Shown: piece by piece, positions 1 to 13,346 of the stretch
How the letters are laid out: every line of letters starts with the position of its first letter
How positions within the stretch are numbered: the stretch's first letter is position 1
Origin: Paragordius varius
Taxonomy: Eukaryota; Animalia; Nematomorpha
Direction of reading: 5' to 3'
NCBI GenBank assembly: GCA_964247055.1
Contig: OZ176056.1
Coordinates: forward strand, 7,998,001-8,062,000
Length of the DNA: 64,000 bases
Notes under the pieces: generated by a model
Seen by the model: the letters and a program-made list of their open reading frames with translations, nothing else
What the model was told of the DNA's origin: nothing
Database searches by the model: none
Position numbers and translations under genes: made by a program

Positions 1-121
1 ACAATATACTACTACCCCTTATATACATTTAAAATAGAGGAAAAATCGCTAAAATATTTATTTTAAAATGATATATGACTTTAATACTGCAACGTTAATT
101 AATAAAACCAAAGGGTATATA

Positions 122-368
122 CCATTTACACTTCAACCTTGAACAATTCAAATTCACTCTCAAATAAATTATTTGTTTTCAAGATTAAAAATTACCTATA
201 TTTTTTTAACATTTAAAAAATAAAATTTGAAACTTTAAATAATACTGAAAAAAACAATAAACTAAATCATAAAGATATATTTTATATAAATAATGAGTTA
301 TAATCCGAAAACGCATAATTTGTTTTTAGGGTTAAAATTGTTCAAGGGTGAGTTTAATTTGTTAATGG
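122..368. mobile_element. MITE family A (TA|CCATTT...AAATGG|TA; internal 21-bp AATTCAAATTCACCCTTGAAC units)
   Basis: Terminal inverted repeats with TA flanks; homologous copies throughout the window. Confidence 0.8.
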
Positions 369-861
369 TAAATATATAAAATAAACACAAAATATTAAGT
401 TTTAAAACGACAAAAAAATAAGCCAATAATTAATATTTTAAAATATTAAAAAAAATTAAAATATATAGTTTTTCTAAATGAATAAAACTATGCGAAAAAA
501 TAATAAAGCGCATATATTCAATAAAATATAATTTTTAATGAAACATAAAAGCATAAAAATGAAATAAAATTTGCAAAAAACCTCAATCTTAAAATATATA
601 TAAAATACATTATTAAAATAATCAAAACTAATAATTATACTTATATAAATTTCCCAAAAAAAAATTTGAAAAAATCATAAAAACAATACCAAAATAATTT
701 AAAATAGTAAATATTGCTATAATTATTTTTTTGTAGCCATTTTAAAAATTATAATGGAAAAATCTTGATTAATTCTTTTATAAAATATTTCCCTAAAAAT
801 ATTCAGTTTTAACAATAAATTTCTAACTATTTCCTGTATAAAAAAAATCAAAATTATATAC

Positions 862-3800
862 CCTCAACCAATTGAACCCGGGCACAAGAATGGGAAACAA
901 TGTTTCCATTTCCAAACGAAGTGCTAAGCCTAAGGACACAAAAAGGCCGACACGATTTTAGGGCTGTAATAGAGACGGGTTGAGGTATTTCAATTTCATA
1001 CAATGTTGCACTGCAAACAAAAAAAAGGTTAAAATATAAAAAGACTTTAATTTTAATTTTTTTAAAAAAAGAAAATAAAAATTGATAAAGTTTATTAGTA
1101 GAGTCTTACATATTATTTAAATAAATATTTTGCGAATTGAGACGGGTTGAGATATATCATTTTCATACAATATTGTTCTGCAAAGAAAGAAAAAAATTTT
1201 AATTTTAAAATGACTTTAGTTTTAATTTTAATTTTAAAAAATAAATAAAAATTGATAAAGTTTATTAGTAAATTCTTAAATATTATCTAAATATTTTTCG
1301 CTAATTGAGATGGGTTGAGATATATCGATTTCATACAATGTTGCACTGACTGTGGTTATAAAAAATTAGAAATTTTGAAAAATATATTGTTAATTTTTAT
1401 ATAAGAAAAATTTTAAAAAGATCAATTAGAAATTATTTATCAAAATTAGTTTATTTGTCTATAAAAAAAATGTGAATAAATATAAAACAATAAAATTATT
1501 TAAAATCGCCACATAGGCAGAGAGTTACCCGGATATCACTTTTCAATAGAATTTAAATAGATATCTTTTTGATCAAAATAATTTAGATTAAACTTTATTA
1601 ACATGCAGTAAAATTATTTCAAATTAAAATTTGCAATATACATACTCAGTAGCGACAGAAACCGTATTTAAATCGCCCAAGTTTCGTTTTGACGTTAGGG
1701 GTGTCAGTGTATTAACTATGCCTGGATGATTGTAATTCCACATTTCCAATTGAATCCCATGCTAATTAATTAAGTTTGAATTTATATGAAAATTTTAAAA
1801 ATAATTCATTAACTCGTAAAGATAAAAAATTTAAACTATAATTTGTCTCGAAATTTAAATAAATGCCTTTTAAAATAAAATTTTATAAAAAGAATTATAT
1901 GTTTTTCTAATAATAAAAAGTCATAGTAAATACAGTACGAGCAAGTATATATTTCTAGAAAGTTATTAATTATTGCCAAATAGAATATGCAGTAAAGAAA
2001 ATTATCATTGGCTAATAATATTTAAAAGTGTAAAAAAAATAACCATAAGCCAATAATACACCCCTTTGTATTTACTATTTGGCAATAATTAAAACTTTCT
2101 AGCAATGTATTACTCACACTGTATATTATTTGAGTAAATTTAATTTTTATATTTCAATTTAAAAATATTATTATTTTTAATTCCTGGATGTAACAAAATC
2201 ATATATGACTGAAATTATGAAAATTGTGTATATCTAAGTGTTAAAAATCTTATTTTTCAATAAAGATAGAAACTCAAACGAAATTTAAAATAAAAGGTAA
2301 CATGGCAAATTAAATTCATAAGAGTAATTGTAATTTTTATTATTAAAATTTAAATTATTTAAAAGATTACGGACAAAGTTCCTTTCTGCCAATACAAAAT
2401 TTAGAGCTTTATTGCGGGTGAATAATTCAAAATTTATTTTTGGTTTTTAGGACAAAAAATAATTTTTTTGGCGCTTTGCGATGACCACTGATTTTGAAGA
2501 TATATACCATTTAAAATTCAAATTCACCCATTGAACAATAAAATTCACTCTTGAACAATTTAAATTTTCTTCTCGAATTCACTCTCGAACAATTCTAATT
2601 CATCCTCTAACAGTTCCAATTGACCCTTTAACTATTCAAATTCTCCTTAAACTATTCAAATTCACTATGTTTTTTGGGGGCAAATATACCTCATTTTTAA
2701 TAAATATATATTTTGGCATAGCTTATTATTTTTTTAGTATTATTTTAATTTAAAACAAAATTTTATTTTTTTATAATTATATAAAAATATAGGTTTTTTA
2801 TCTTAAAAACATATAATTTTGAGGGTGATTTGAATTGGTTGAGGGTAAATTTGAATTGTTCAAGGGTGAATTTAAATTTTTTAAGGGTGAATAATTGTAA
2901 ATGGAATATATTTTTATTCTTATAATTATATTAACTTTATTAAAAAACCATAGTTTTTATTTTTACTTTTTTTACTGGTTATCTATAAAAAAATGTTTAC
3001 AGATAATTTAAATTACTAAACTAACCTTTATAAAATTCGTCATCTCCCAAGAAACGTTGAGCGGTACATCGATAGGCAGGTATGTCGTTGTATCTCGAGC
3101 TAATTTTAAAAAAAATTAATTAAATTTTAAAAATGACATTCATTTAATATATAATAATTATTAGTTTAAAAAATTGTAAATTATAAAAAGTATAAAATAG
3201 GTCTTAAAATTTATTAAAAAGTTGAACGGGAACAGGGATTTGTTTTAAAAGTTGTGAAAAGGCAACTAGGAATGGTGGTTTGGAAAAGCAGTTTAACACT
3301 TCGATTCAAATTGGGGTATCTAAATACCCCAGACTAAATTTAAATTAATATTTTTGAAAAAGTATTGAAGAAAACGGTCCCAATTCAAATTTATGCTTCT
3401 ATCCTGATAAAAAATATATAAATATACCAAAATAGCTTGATAAAGTTTTGTTTTGAAAAAAAAGTTCCATCTCAAACTATTTCGACGCCATTTTTATTTT
3501 ACAAAATTTTTACAAAATATCGTCTCCATTTAATTTTAAGGGTAAAACTAAAGCTAATTTTTTAATTATACTACATTTAACATTGATAGAAATAGAAAAA
3601 GCGGTTTATTTTGTATTATTTTTCAATTTTACAATTTGACACATGTCACGTTGACGAAATTTATACCTTTCGGTTTTAGCTTAAAATAAGTAATATCAAG
3701 TATTTTTGAATTAAATTTTTTATATATTTCGGTTTATTAATGTTATATAAGTGCAAAATTTTGTCATGGCTTCGATTCCTTCCATACTTTTTAAAGTATT

Positions 3801-3947
3801 TGATTTTAAACAGGCCTGGGGTATCCAACTACCCCAATTTGAATCGAAGGACTAAAATGAGTGTGTTGTATCCAAGTGTTAAACAAAAATCTTATGATTA
3901 CATCTTGTTAAATTTTAAATGTTTCAACTTTTTAAAATTATATAAAG

Positions 3948-3988
<41 letters not shown>

Positions 3989-6927
3989 GTATATATTTAA
4001 ATTATACCTATTTTTCCATACCCAGTTTTATATTTAACTTTTTAAAAATTATTAATAAAGAATTTGAATGGCAAAAAAATGTATATTTAACACTTGGATA
4101 TAACACATTCATTTCAGTCCTTCGATTTCAATTGTTGGATACCCCAGGCCTGTTTAAAATTAAATATATCAAAAAATATGGATAAAATTAAAACCATGGT
4201 GCACTTATACAACATTAATAAACCGAAATATAAAAAACTTTATTCAAAAATTTGATATTACTTATTTTAAGGTACAACTCAGGGGTAAAAATTAGTTACT
4301 GACATGTGTGCATTAGCTTAATTAAAAAAAATACAAAAAAACCACTTTTTCTAATTCTATTGATGTTAAAGGTGATTTAAAAGTAAACTTTAGGCTTAGA
4401 ATCAAATAAACACGATATTTTGCAAAAATGTAAAATAAAATGGCGTCGAAAGTAGTTTGATAAGGGATTTTTTTAAACCAAATTTTATTTAGATATTTTG
4501 GCTTATTTATATAATTTTTATTAGGATAGAAGCATAAATTTAAATTGATCTGTTTCTTTCAGTAGTTTAAAATATCAATTATAGGCTGGGGTATTTAGAT
4601 ACCCCAATTTGAATCGGGGTGTCAACAAATTTGAAAATATTAACATTAACGCTTTACACGTGGGGTATTTGAAGACTACAATAGGCTCTATCGATGGATA
4701 TTAAATTTAAAGGCCCCATGATTTATTTATTTCTCAAATATCACTTTTTTCTCAAATAGTTTGCACAACAATATGTAAAATTGTAAATATTAATTCTGAT
4801 TATCAGGAATTGGATATTAAATTAAAAATAAAACCCTAAAAAATTACCATTTATATTTGTGCTATTAATTTCATATTTTTCAAATTTTTTTTCTTTAAAA
4901 TGGCTTAAAGTCATCAACTATTGTATCATCTATAAATACTAAATCCGATTCCTGTGAAATTGTTATAATTAAATATCTTAAAACAACTATCTTGGAATAT
5001 ATTTTTTTCCTTAACATTAAATTTGAATGTCACAAAATATAGTAATTAATTTAAGGAAAAAGATACAACGCAATATTTTTGAGCTAGAAACGTATAAATT
5101 TAGAATAAAAAAATGTTGTCTTTTAACAAGACTAAAAAGTATATTCCATAATTTCAAATGCAATTGTTTGTTGTTGTTAACAAAGTAAAAAAATTAATCC
5201 ATCAAAATTTCACACTATTTCCTCTGTTTTTTTTTAATTAGGTGTGAAAGAATATATTTTTTATTTATAATATAAAATTTAAAACAAAATCTAAATTTTT
5301 AAAAAAAACAATGCAAAAAATAAAATTTGTTAATGTTAATAATAGTAATAATATAAATTCCATATATCCAATTATCTCAGGTTCAAAATTTTAAAAAATT
5401 TAAGAACTGTAGTAATTTAGAATTGTGCTAAAAACGCAAAAAATTAATCAAGTGTAATGTAACTAACATACATTTAAAACAAAAATATAGTGGAAAAAAT
5501 TAATTAATTACACACCTTTAAATTTAGTAAGATTACAAAAATTAATAATATTATTCATAAAATGATATTAATACATACAAGATACTCTAAGTTTATTTTT
5601 GGAGAGATACCTAAAAAATAGGGTTAATGGGTCGCAAAACAATATTTAAACATTGTATAGCTTCTTTTTTAGATTAGAATTAGATTATTATACTGATATT
5701 ATATTATTCATAAATAAACATATTAAAAAAAATTTGTTTCAAAAGGTTAGAGATTTCAAGAGATTATATATTTATATATTATATTGGTTTTGGAGATTTA
5801 AAAATTGAATATTGCTAGAATTATTAATAAATTATATTGTTTATTCAAAAATCATATTTTCAAAGAAAAATATTTTAGAGTTCAAATCCAAATACTACTA
5901 CTGAATAATGAATACATTGTTGCATTTGCAAAGCTTGCAACATTTTTCCAATTTTTTAACTAAATATTTTTGGCTAAAAGCTAAAAATATTAAAAATTGA
6001 AACCATATGGTATGGTTTACTAATTGGGATTTAGTATTGCCTCATAAAAAAGTTTATAGAAAGAATAATACCAAAAAATTAACTGTACTGTAAAAATGGC
6101 TAATTTTACTTTTTTGCTTAAACAAAAAATGGTTATCTTAACTTAAACTTTTAATTATATTATAAAGTTTTTAATTTTATTTCCAGTTATTGAAAGTTAG
6201 ATCGTATGTAAAAACCATAAAATAATATTTTATAATCCACCCAACATATATTAAACCCCATATATGAAAATCAAATAGTGTGTGCGGATTGATTTTTGTT
6301 TGCCGATTAAAAACTAATTAACCGTAATGAAGGTGTTTGAACCATTCAATAAAAAATTAATCTTTCTTATTATGACCCTTTATTATGATAAAACAACGCC
6401 CAATAATCGTATATTTATGTTAATATTGCCAATTGAGTAAAAATTGACAAATATAAAGCAATATCAAAAGAAAATATTTAAGTTGATAGGGATTCAAAGT
6501 TTTAAAAGAACTCAGATAAACAAACAAGTATCAATTTAAAAATTTGTAAAAGTTCAAACCTTAAAAGATATAAAAAATCCCAAAAAAACGCAATAATAGG
6601 CATCTTCCAAAAAAAACTAAGTTATATATATTTCTAAATAATTTTAAATATACCGGAAACACTGTGTCCGCATCGAATTATGGTGATATATTCATTTAGA
6701 AAAGCCAGCTGTTCCGGGTTTAGGGTCGGAGCAGACGTGATTAATTTTCTTTCGTCTGCTTTGCGAACGCGTTCATCCGTTAGAGAATGGAAAAGGGAAT
6801 TGAAAGCTTTGGGGTAAGTTAACTTTATGGAAGCGTTTGAGATGCCAGAAAATGTGCAAAACAGCAACAAAAATGATAGAAAAAGTTTGATAAAACCGTA
6901 ACTATTCATATTTAATTTTTTAGTCAT
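862..6927 (-). CDS. Secreted/cell-surface protein, 5' part only (continues left of the window); resembles the N-terminal domain of uncharacterised invertebrate EGF/DOMON-type surface proteins
   Basis: Phase-consistent GT-AG exons 6927-6654, 3099-3026, 1761-1646 and 1010-862 give MTKKLNMNSYGFIKLFLSFLLLFCTFSGISNA|SIKLTYPKAF...IRCGHSVSARDTTTYLPIDVPLNVSWEMTNFIKHGIQLEMWNYNHPGIVNTLTP...TDATLYEIEIPQPVSITALKSCRPFCVLRLSTSFGNGNIVSHSCARVQLVEG. The N-terminus is a hydrophobic signal peptide. The family assignment is from remembered motif similarity only. Confidence 0.75.
968..1350. repeat. Three tandem ~167-bp units, each with a splice acceptor and the start of gene 1 exon 4
   Basis: gagacgggttgag...ttcatacaat.ttg recurs at about 972, 1139 and 1307. 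Confidence 0.9.
1933..2121. mobile_element. Short palindromic MITE (family J)
   Basis: TA|cagtacgagc...ctcacactg|TA with inverted ttattgccaaata arms; related copy at about 44365-44530. Confidence 0.65.
2507..2904. mobile_element. MITE family A copy
   Basis: ccatttaaaattcaaattcaccc...gggtgaataattgtaaatgg with several 21-bp units; in intron 2 of gene 1. Confidence 0.8.
3297..3878. mobile_element. piggyBac-like MITE family D
   Basis: TTAA|cactt...aagtg|TTAA; subterminal ggggtatctaaatacccc hairpins. Confidence 0.85.
4091..4621. mobile_element. piggyBac-like MITE family D, opposite orientation to 3297-3878
   Basis: TTAA|cacttggataTaacacattcatttcagtccttcgatt...ggggtatttagataccccaatttgaatcgggg tg. 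Confidence 0.8.
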
Positions 6928-7068
6928 TCAAAAGAGTTTTGGGTAAACTTGGGAGAAAGTTAATTGAGAGATTCGTGGAATAAACCAATGATTATTTTTC
7001 GATGGAATAATGAGTAACTTAAACAATGTATAGATTCGTTGCGAAAACAATGTTTGGGTAACAACATA

Positions 7069-7286
7069 TTTTTCTCATATGGATAGGGGGTAATTTTTAT
7101 GAAAATTTTCGGGAAAAACGTTAAATGTAAGTTGATTTTTTATTTATAATAAACGAAGTAAACAAGAGATTGTGGGTTTTTCTCATATGGATAAAGGGGG
7201 TAATTTTTATGAAAATTTTCGGGAAAAACGTTAAATGTAAGTTGATTTTTTATTTATAATGAACGAAATAAACAAGAGATTGTGGG
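7069..7286. repeat. Near-perfect ~108-bp tandem duplication upstream of gene 1
   Basis: ttttctcatatggata...aaacaagagattgtggg present twice. Confidence 0.9.
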
Positions 7287-10200
7287 CAATTCAAAATTAA
7301 AGTTTGTGTAACATTTGATTAACGAACCATATAAAATTTATAATATTAATATATATTTTTTAAAAAAAGGCACAAAAGGTAACACGACGAATGTTTTATG
7401 ATAAATTATATAACTTATATTTTATTAAACACGGGTGGGTGATTGCATAATAGTTAGAGTTAATAATGATGAAGAAATTTTTAACTGCTCTTTTATCATA
7501 ATTTATATTATTAATCGAATATTTTTATATATATGTATATATTTTTCATACCTAAAGCAACATTGTGTGTGCAATACAATGTAATTATTTTATTAATAAT
7601 AATTTAGGAAAGATGGGAGGCACACAAGAGTTAATAGCAAATGCATTTACAATAAGGGATCATTTTTTCCACAATTGAGCATTTAACCATTTTTGTGAAT
7701 TAAAGGAAAATAAAAGAGATAAAAAAGTTGTTTTGCAAGCGATAAGGTGGAAAAAGGATATCTATAAACTTTTTAAAAAGTTTTTTCTCTCTCTTCAATT
7801 TAACTGTAAATGATGATGATTTATCATTGTGTATGTGTTGTTTGAAAAGTTTATGGCTCCTGTATTTAGGCTTCAACAAAATGTGTTTTAATCTATCATC
7901 GGATATTATACCAATATATGATCGATATTAGGAAATCACAATAAAATCATATGGTTTCGCAAAAATGGCTTTAAACTTTCCAAGAGAAATCTATAAAACC
8001 CAATCATTTTAAATTTTCAAATGTGAGCAGGATAATGAAATTAATAAAGTTTTATCCATTGAATATATGTGTTAATATTAAAGGTTTTTTTCAGGATTGT
8101 AGGTTTAATTATATAGGTATTTTTATAGTTTAGTATTCATATCCTTTTCATTGTTTCTGTGCGCTATAAAACGCATATGTATAAAACAAAAGGCAATGTA
8201 TAGATTTTGCGTTTAAGGGTATACAGAGATGGTTAATGAATTAGTTTTGAAGATGGTGGTTATAGTTGAGAGAAAGAAAATGTAATTAGATTGGATCGTG
8301 GAGATAACTATAAGGAAAGAATTGTAGATAAATTGTTGGATGATTAAATATATTATAAAAGTGCTTTAAAAATGTAATGTAATAATTAAAATTAATTAAT
8401 TAGCCACATTTTACATATTTTAGAGATTTTTTTCTTAAATTTTACAATTTATTAATCTAATGTAAAAAACAGGAATTATAATTTATTACATTTTTAAACA
8501 TACCAAAAACAAACAATAAAAAAGTTCAAAAGTCAAAATATTAATTTTCTGAATTATGCATGCATGTTTTTTCAAATTTTATATAAATTTTTTTGAGAAA
8601 ATACACGGTTAATTTTTAACAATTTTTATTTTAATTTAAATTTTATTAATATGAATAAAAACAATATTACTAATAATATAATATATATTTAATTATAATT
8701 GGAAAATATGCTGAAAAAAAAATTAAAAAGGGAAAACTTTATTATATTAGCTAAAAAATAATAATGATAATTTTATATTATCAAATACAAGCAAGCATAT
8801 GTCAGGTTTATATATTTACCTTTATAATTTGATCTTATCTTAAAAATATTTAAAATTTTATAGTTCAAAATTTATATATATTTCTTTTCTTATGCTTAAA
8901 ATTTTCGACTTTTTTAAATTTAATATTAAAAAAATTCACTATTATGCCATAATTTTATTTTATTATTTTATTTTTCCATAAAAAATTAGTGCAAGGTTGC
9001 TCTGTAGACAGAATAAAAAAATTTAATTTTTCTTTAATTGTTTTCCGTAATAGTAACTTTTATAAAACTTGAATGCTTTTTTAGCAACTTAAAATTTCCC
9101 CCTTTTTTAGAGTGAGTAGTATGTATATAATTAATTATTAATTAACTAATTATTTAATTATTAGTGTTAATGGCATGTTTCACCTATTTTTATTTTTTTC
9201 CACAATTCGAAGAGAAAAAACTAAATTGTTTTAAACGGGTTTTAAGTTTTATATATGCATTTTTTAGCCTAATTGATTATAAAGTTTGAATTTACAAGAC
9301 TTAATTTTAATGTAATTACGAGAGGGTCATTACCTTTTGGGAAAGTTTTAATAGCCATTTATAAATATTTTAATAATTATTTAAACTACAAAGCCGAATT
9401 TGAAAATAGTTTTCTTTAACTTTTTCAGAGCATCAAATGTTTTTTTTAAAAATAATGTATAAATGTAAAAAATCAACCTCATCTTAAACCTATTTGCAGC
9501 CATTTTTATCTATATTTTTTTTAAATCGCTACTAAATAAACAAAAAAGGTATATTATGGTTAGAAAATAATGTAATTCAGGCTTCATTTTACCAGCAAAA
9601 GCTTGATATAATTCAATTATCAGCTGTTCGTTTCGATTGTGTTTCGGAGCTGTACCAGTTTTAGATACTAAAGTTACAAAATTGTAAAAAATATAAGCTT
9701 TTTATCTAATACATGAGAAAATGTTTGATAATTGAATTTTAACTAAAGTACCTTTCGAAACTGTAGTTTATTAACAAAAATGAGCTATGGGATACAAACT
9801 ACCCCAATCTACCCCAAAAGGTAAAATAGGACAAAGTAAAGATAGCCAGAGTTCAGTATGTTATTTTGGCTAGATGGGTATTTAATTTACGTGTGTGTTG
9901 CATTGTGTGAGATTTTTTATTTTAATTTATTACATTTTTCGAACTCGTCTATAGGAAATTACAACAGCGTTTAATTAAATATGGAACCGATATATTGAAA
10001 AATACTGGGTATATCTGTCGGAATATTAATTTGTTTAACAAAACACCTTTAATATCAACAATTAAATATCTTTTATGGATAGTTTTATTCAAACTTAATT
10101 TTGAAAATTTGAATTGAACCCAATTAAAAATATGCATTTTAGGGCCCTTTTAGACTTAATAATTCTTTAAAATCTAACAATAAGTTTATTATGCTCATAA

Positions 10201-10815
10201 ATGTAAGAAACTTGAAAAAATGTTTTTGTCATATTTTAACTACAATCAAAGATACTTAAATCTTTTATTTAAAGAAAATAATTGCTATCTATCAATGTAA
10301 AATAATCATATATACCCAAAAAATATTTCCTCAGTATAGATATTAATAATTTTAAAACCAACATATTTAACCATAATGTATTCTATAGTTTATAATTTTA
10401 AACGTAAAGAGCATAGTTAATGTAGTGCCAGTATATTATTTAGAGCTAAAATTAAAAGCAAAGTTGTGATATAAAATATTAGTTATTATTAATAAATGAT
10501 AAATAATTTGGGATATACCATTTTACGCTTGATATTTCATTATTATCAATGCATCATATATTAAGCATTTCTAAAATCTCTATTTGTTTTCCAATCATAT
10601 ATACATAGTAAACGCGTACATCCTTACACGGTATGCATCCTTAAGATCATAATTACTATTTAAATTAATTTAATAGTTATAAAACAACATAATTTATTAT
10701 TTCAATATAACCCATAGCATCCGTATATAACACATAAATTTATTAAAAATATATAATATTCGCAACTTTGTTGAATGATATAATCAAACAGCCCAACATT
10801 TTCGATTCACGTGAC

Positions 10816-13346
10816 TCAACATTTCGTTTGAACCTATTATATCAAAACATATAATTTATTTTAACTAAATAAAAATCATGACTGTTAGCTATGGGCCAAC
10901 GAGTGTTAAAGCCTATACAAGTCCGGATACAATTTAACTCCTTACCCTTTAATAAAAATAAGAAAAAAGGGACTCTTAACTGTATATAAAACAAAGTTTT
11001 TTTGAAAAGATATCTATGTTTTTTTAATTAACCTATCGATTTAAAATTAATAAAAATAAAAAATAAATTGATAAAAAAACTCATATATATATATATATAT
11101 ATTTGCCATTAATAAAATATAAAAAAATATGTCCTTTGGTACTTTTGGTCTTTGCAGCATTTTTTACTGTAAATCAAACCTAAGTTTGATTAGATAAAAA
11201 GTTATAAGTAAAATATGGACAAAAATTGAGTTTTTTTCATTTACCATAAGAGAAGCAGCATTTACAATACGTTGAAGGAGGGGGGCACTTTTTACCCGTA
11301 TTACGGGACATTTTGGAGGCAAATCGTGAACACAACGTGAAAAAGTTTGCCAATCTTCACATGTCCCCGTAGGATCAAATGCTATGTGCCCAAATTTTTG
11401 TAAATGTTTGGGGTGAAATATGAGGTAGCAATCCATGATGGCTTGTGAACAGCTGGTATCTTTTGTACTAAGAAAAACAATTTGGTTTATGCTAATTGGG
11501 ATTTAAAAGTGATTTCATATCTGTAAGTTCTTAAAATCTGATTATAATAATAGAGCTTATAGTTAGTTACAAAGAACAATGTCAAAATATGAATTTAATA
11601 ACCTAATGTGCGCAATATTGGCGTTAATTTTGGTTAAATATCTAAATATCGACATATAACTTATATAAATATTATTCTTGTAATAGGACCACTTTTTAAA
11701 AGCAACCATCCGCTTGAAATCTTAACGTATTTAATTTCACAGAGCAATAGGCATATCAGAATGTACATACCAAATCAAATTTTAAAACCGTTCGACGGCG
11801 TTTTACAGTTTCAAAAATAGTGTAATTAAAATTTATTATTTCCAAAATCGCTAGCACGTTTAAGTTATCATCGTTTTCAATATTGGATAGTATTTTAAAG
11901 TATTTTTCAACATGTCTGCGGCTATTTCTTATTTTATCATAAAATTAGCAAATCATAGAAATTTAATAAAATTAAGTGATAGTTATTCCAAAAGTACAAT
12001 AAAGCTTAAATCAATCCTTTATTCAACCGTATTTTAGTAATATGCGATACCAGTGTCAAAACATAGAACCAATTATCTGTAAATCCATGTCTAATCAAAC
12101 TTTATTCTTTTGAACCTTTAACGTTAAATTAAAACCATTAATTTTTTATTTCATCCGCATTCTAGCAAATTTTAATAATTAACATTTTTGTTAAATGTAT
12201 CTTATGATCTCAAAAATGATAATCATAAAACAAATTTTAACCCAAAAAAGTTTCAAAAATCATCATTTTTTTATTACTCGATTGTGTTGACATAAACACG
12301 GCAAAATCCCATTTCCGTCGGCGCGTTTGCTAAAAAGGTAGCTCTTATCCGGCTTCCAGAATCACCTTGGCTCATGCCGCATGCAATATTAGCTATATGG
12401 ACGCAATAACATAAATCTACCCAGCCTCTATTTCAGTTTTTTTTCAAATATCAAAAAATAAGAAAATTAAATTTTTTAAACCAAACTCAATACCTTTTTT
12501 TATTGAGCCCACATATATTTTTTTCGTAAAACCGTCATTTTTATATCAAATTTAATACATACTATATATAACTAAATCTATTTTTGAAAAAAATGATAAT
12601 AAGCATATGAAAGTTGACATAATCATTAATTTAATTTATTTTTCATAGATAAAATATTTATATTAAATGAGTATTCAACACTAGCCTTCCTTAAATATTT
12701 ATACGGCTCGCGAGAAATTTGAAATACAAAATTTTATAAAATATAAGAAAAAATATTTTCTTAAACAAATTTTCTGATAGTAACTCTTTCCGGTGTATAT
12801 ATAGTGTTAGGTCCAAATCTAATAAAATCATTGTTAATGCCCACATATATTTTCCAAAGTGGCCCACCGGATTTTTCCATCCAAAAATGAAGCCCACCAA
12901 GCCATTTGTATTAGACACCCCTGTTTTAAAGCCTTACAAGGTATTAAGCGTAATTAAGTAATAATCGATAAATTCCGTTATAAGTTTAAAAATTAAATAG
13001 TTTTAATCAAAAATAAATGTTGATTGAGTTTCATTGATTAGGTGTGTTTTAATGAACAAGATTTGGGGCTTAAATAACATGTTGAGTTAAGGTAGAAAAG
13101 TAATGAGTTTAAATGAAAAAAGGTATATTTTTTGTATAAAAAAATAATTTTTATTAAATCATACTTGCAGTAATCACGTAAGAAATGGGGAAGATTTATA
13201 CGACTTGTTTTGCTCAACAAATAATTATCAAAAGTGTTTCGACAATAGCCCACATTTTCTTCATACGAACATTTATCAGAGCTAAGAATGGTGTGCAAAT
13301 CAGTTAAAATATTAAGAATTAGTATTAATGTAAAAATTATGTTCAT
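10816..13346 (-). CDS. Small secreted cysteine-rich protein with two internal repeats
   Basis: Exons 13346-13165, 12427-12278 and 11467-11245 splice in phase (2,2,0). A likely last exon 10833-10816 (VQTKC*) is less certain. The product has a signal peptide followed by two repeats C-x6/8-C-x~23-C-xx-W-x5-CV-x6-C. Confidence 0.75.
10890..10987. repeat. Dispersed ~100-bp repeat (second copy about 34358-34446)
   Basis: gagtgttaaagcc...gtccggatacaatttaa.tccttacc...gactct.aactgtata at both loci. Confidence 0.75.

Noticed and set aside
3740-4000. ORF-track entries in repeats (3740-4000, 16583-16774, 18481-18783, 38818-39060, 41446-41634, 52984-53286, 59245-59517, 60690-60905)
   Set aside because: They lie in MITEs or microsatellites, or are antisense to exons; the I/F/K/Y-rich translations are typical of AT-rich non-coding DNA.
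6653-6900. Plus-strand frame spanning a single TAA at 6815, suggesting stop-codon reassignment
   Set aside because: It is the antisense of gene 1 exon 1. All reconstructed genes use the standard code with normal TAA/TGA stops.
9949-10137. Minus-strand ORF as a further exon of the Cys-repeat gene
   Set aside because: It lies downstream of the proposed stop at 10816, has no convincing acceptor in phase, and has low-information composition.
12278-12430. GC-rich island as a possible snRNA/ncRNA
   Set aside because: It is explained as exon 2 of the secreted Cys-repeat gene, with exact phase matches at both ends.
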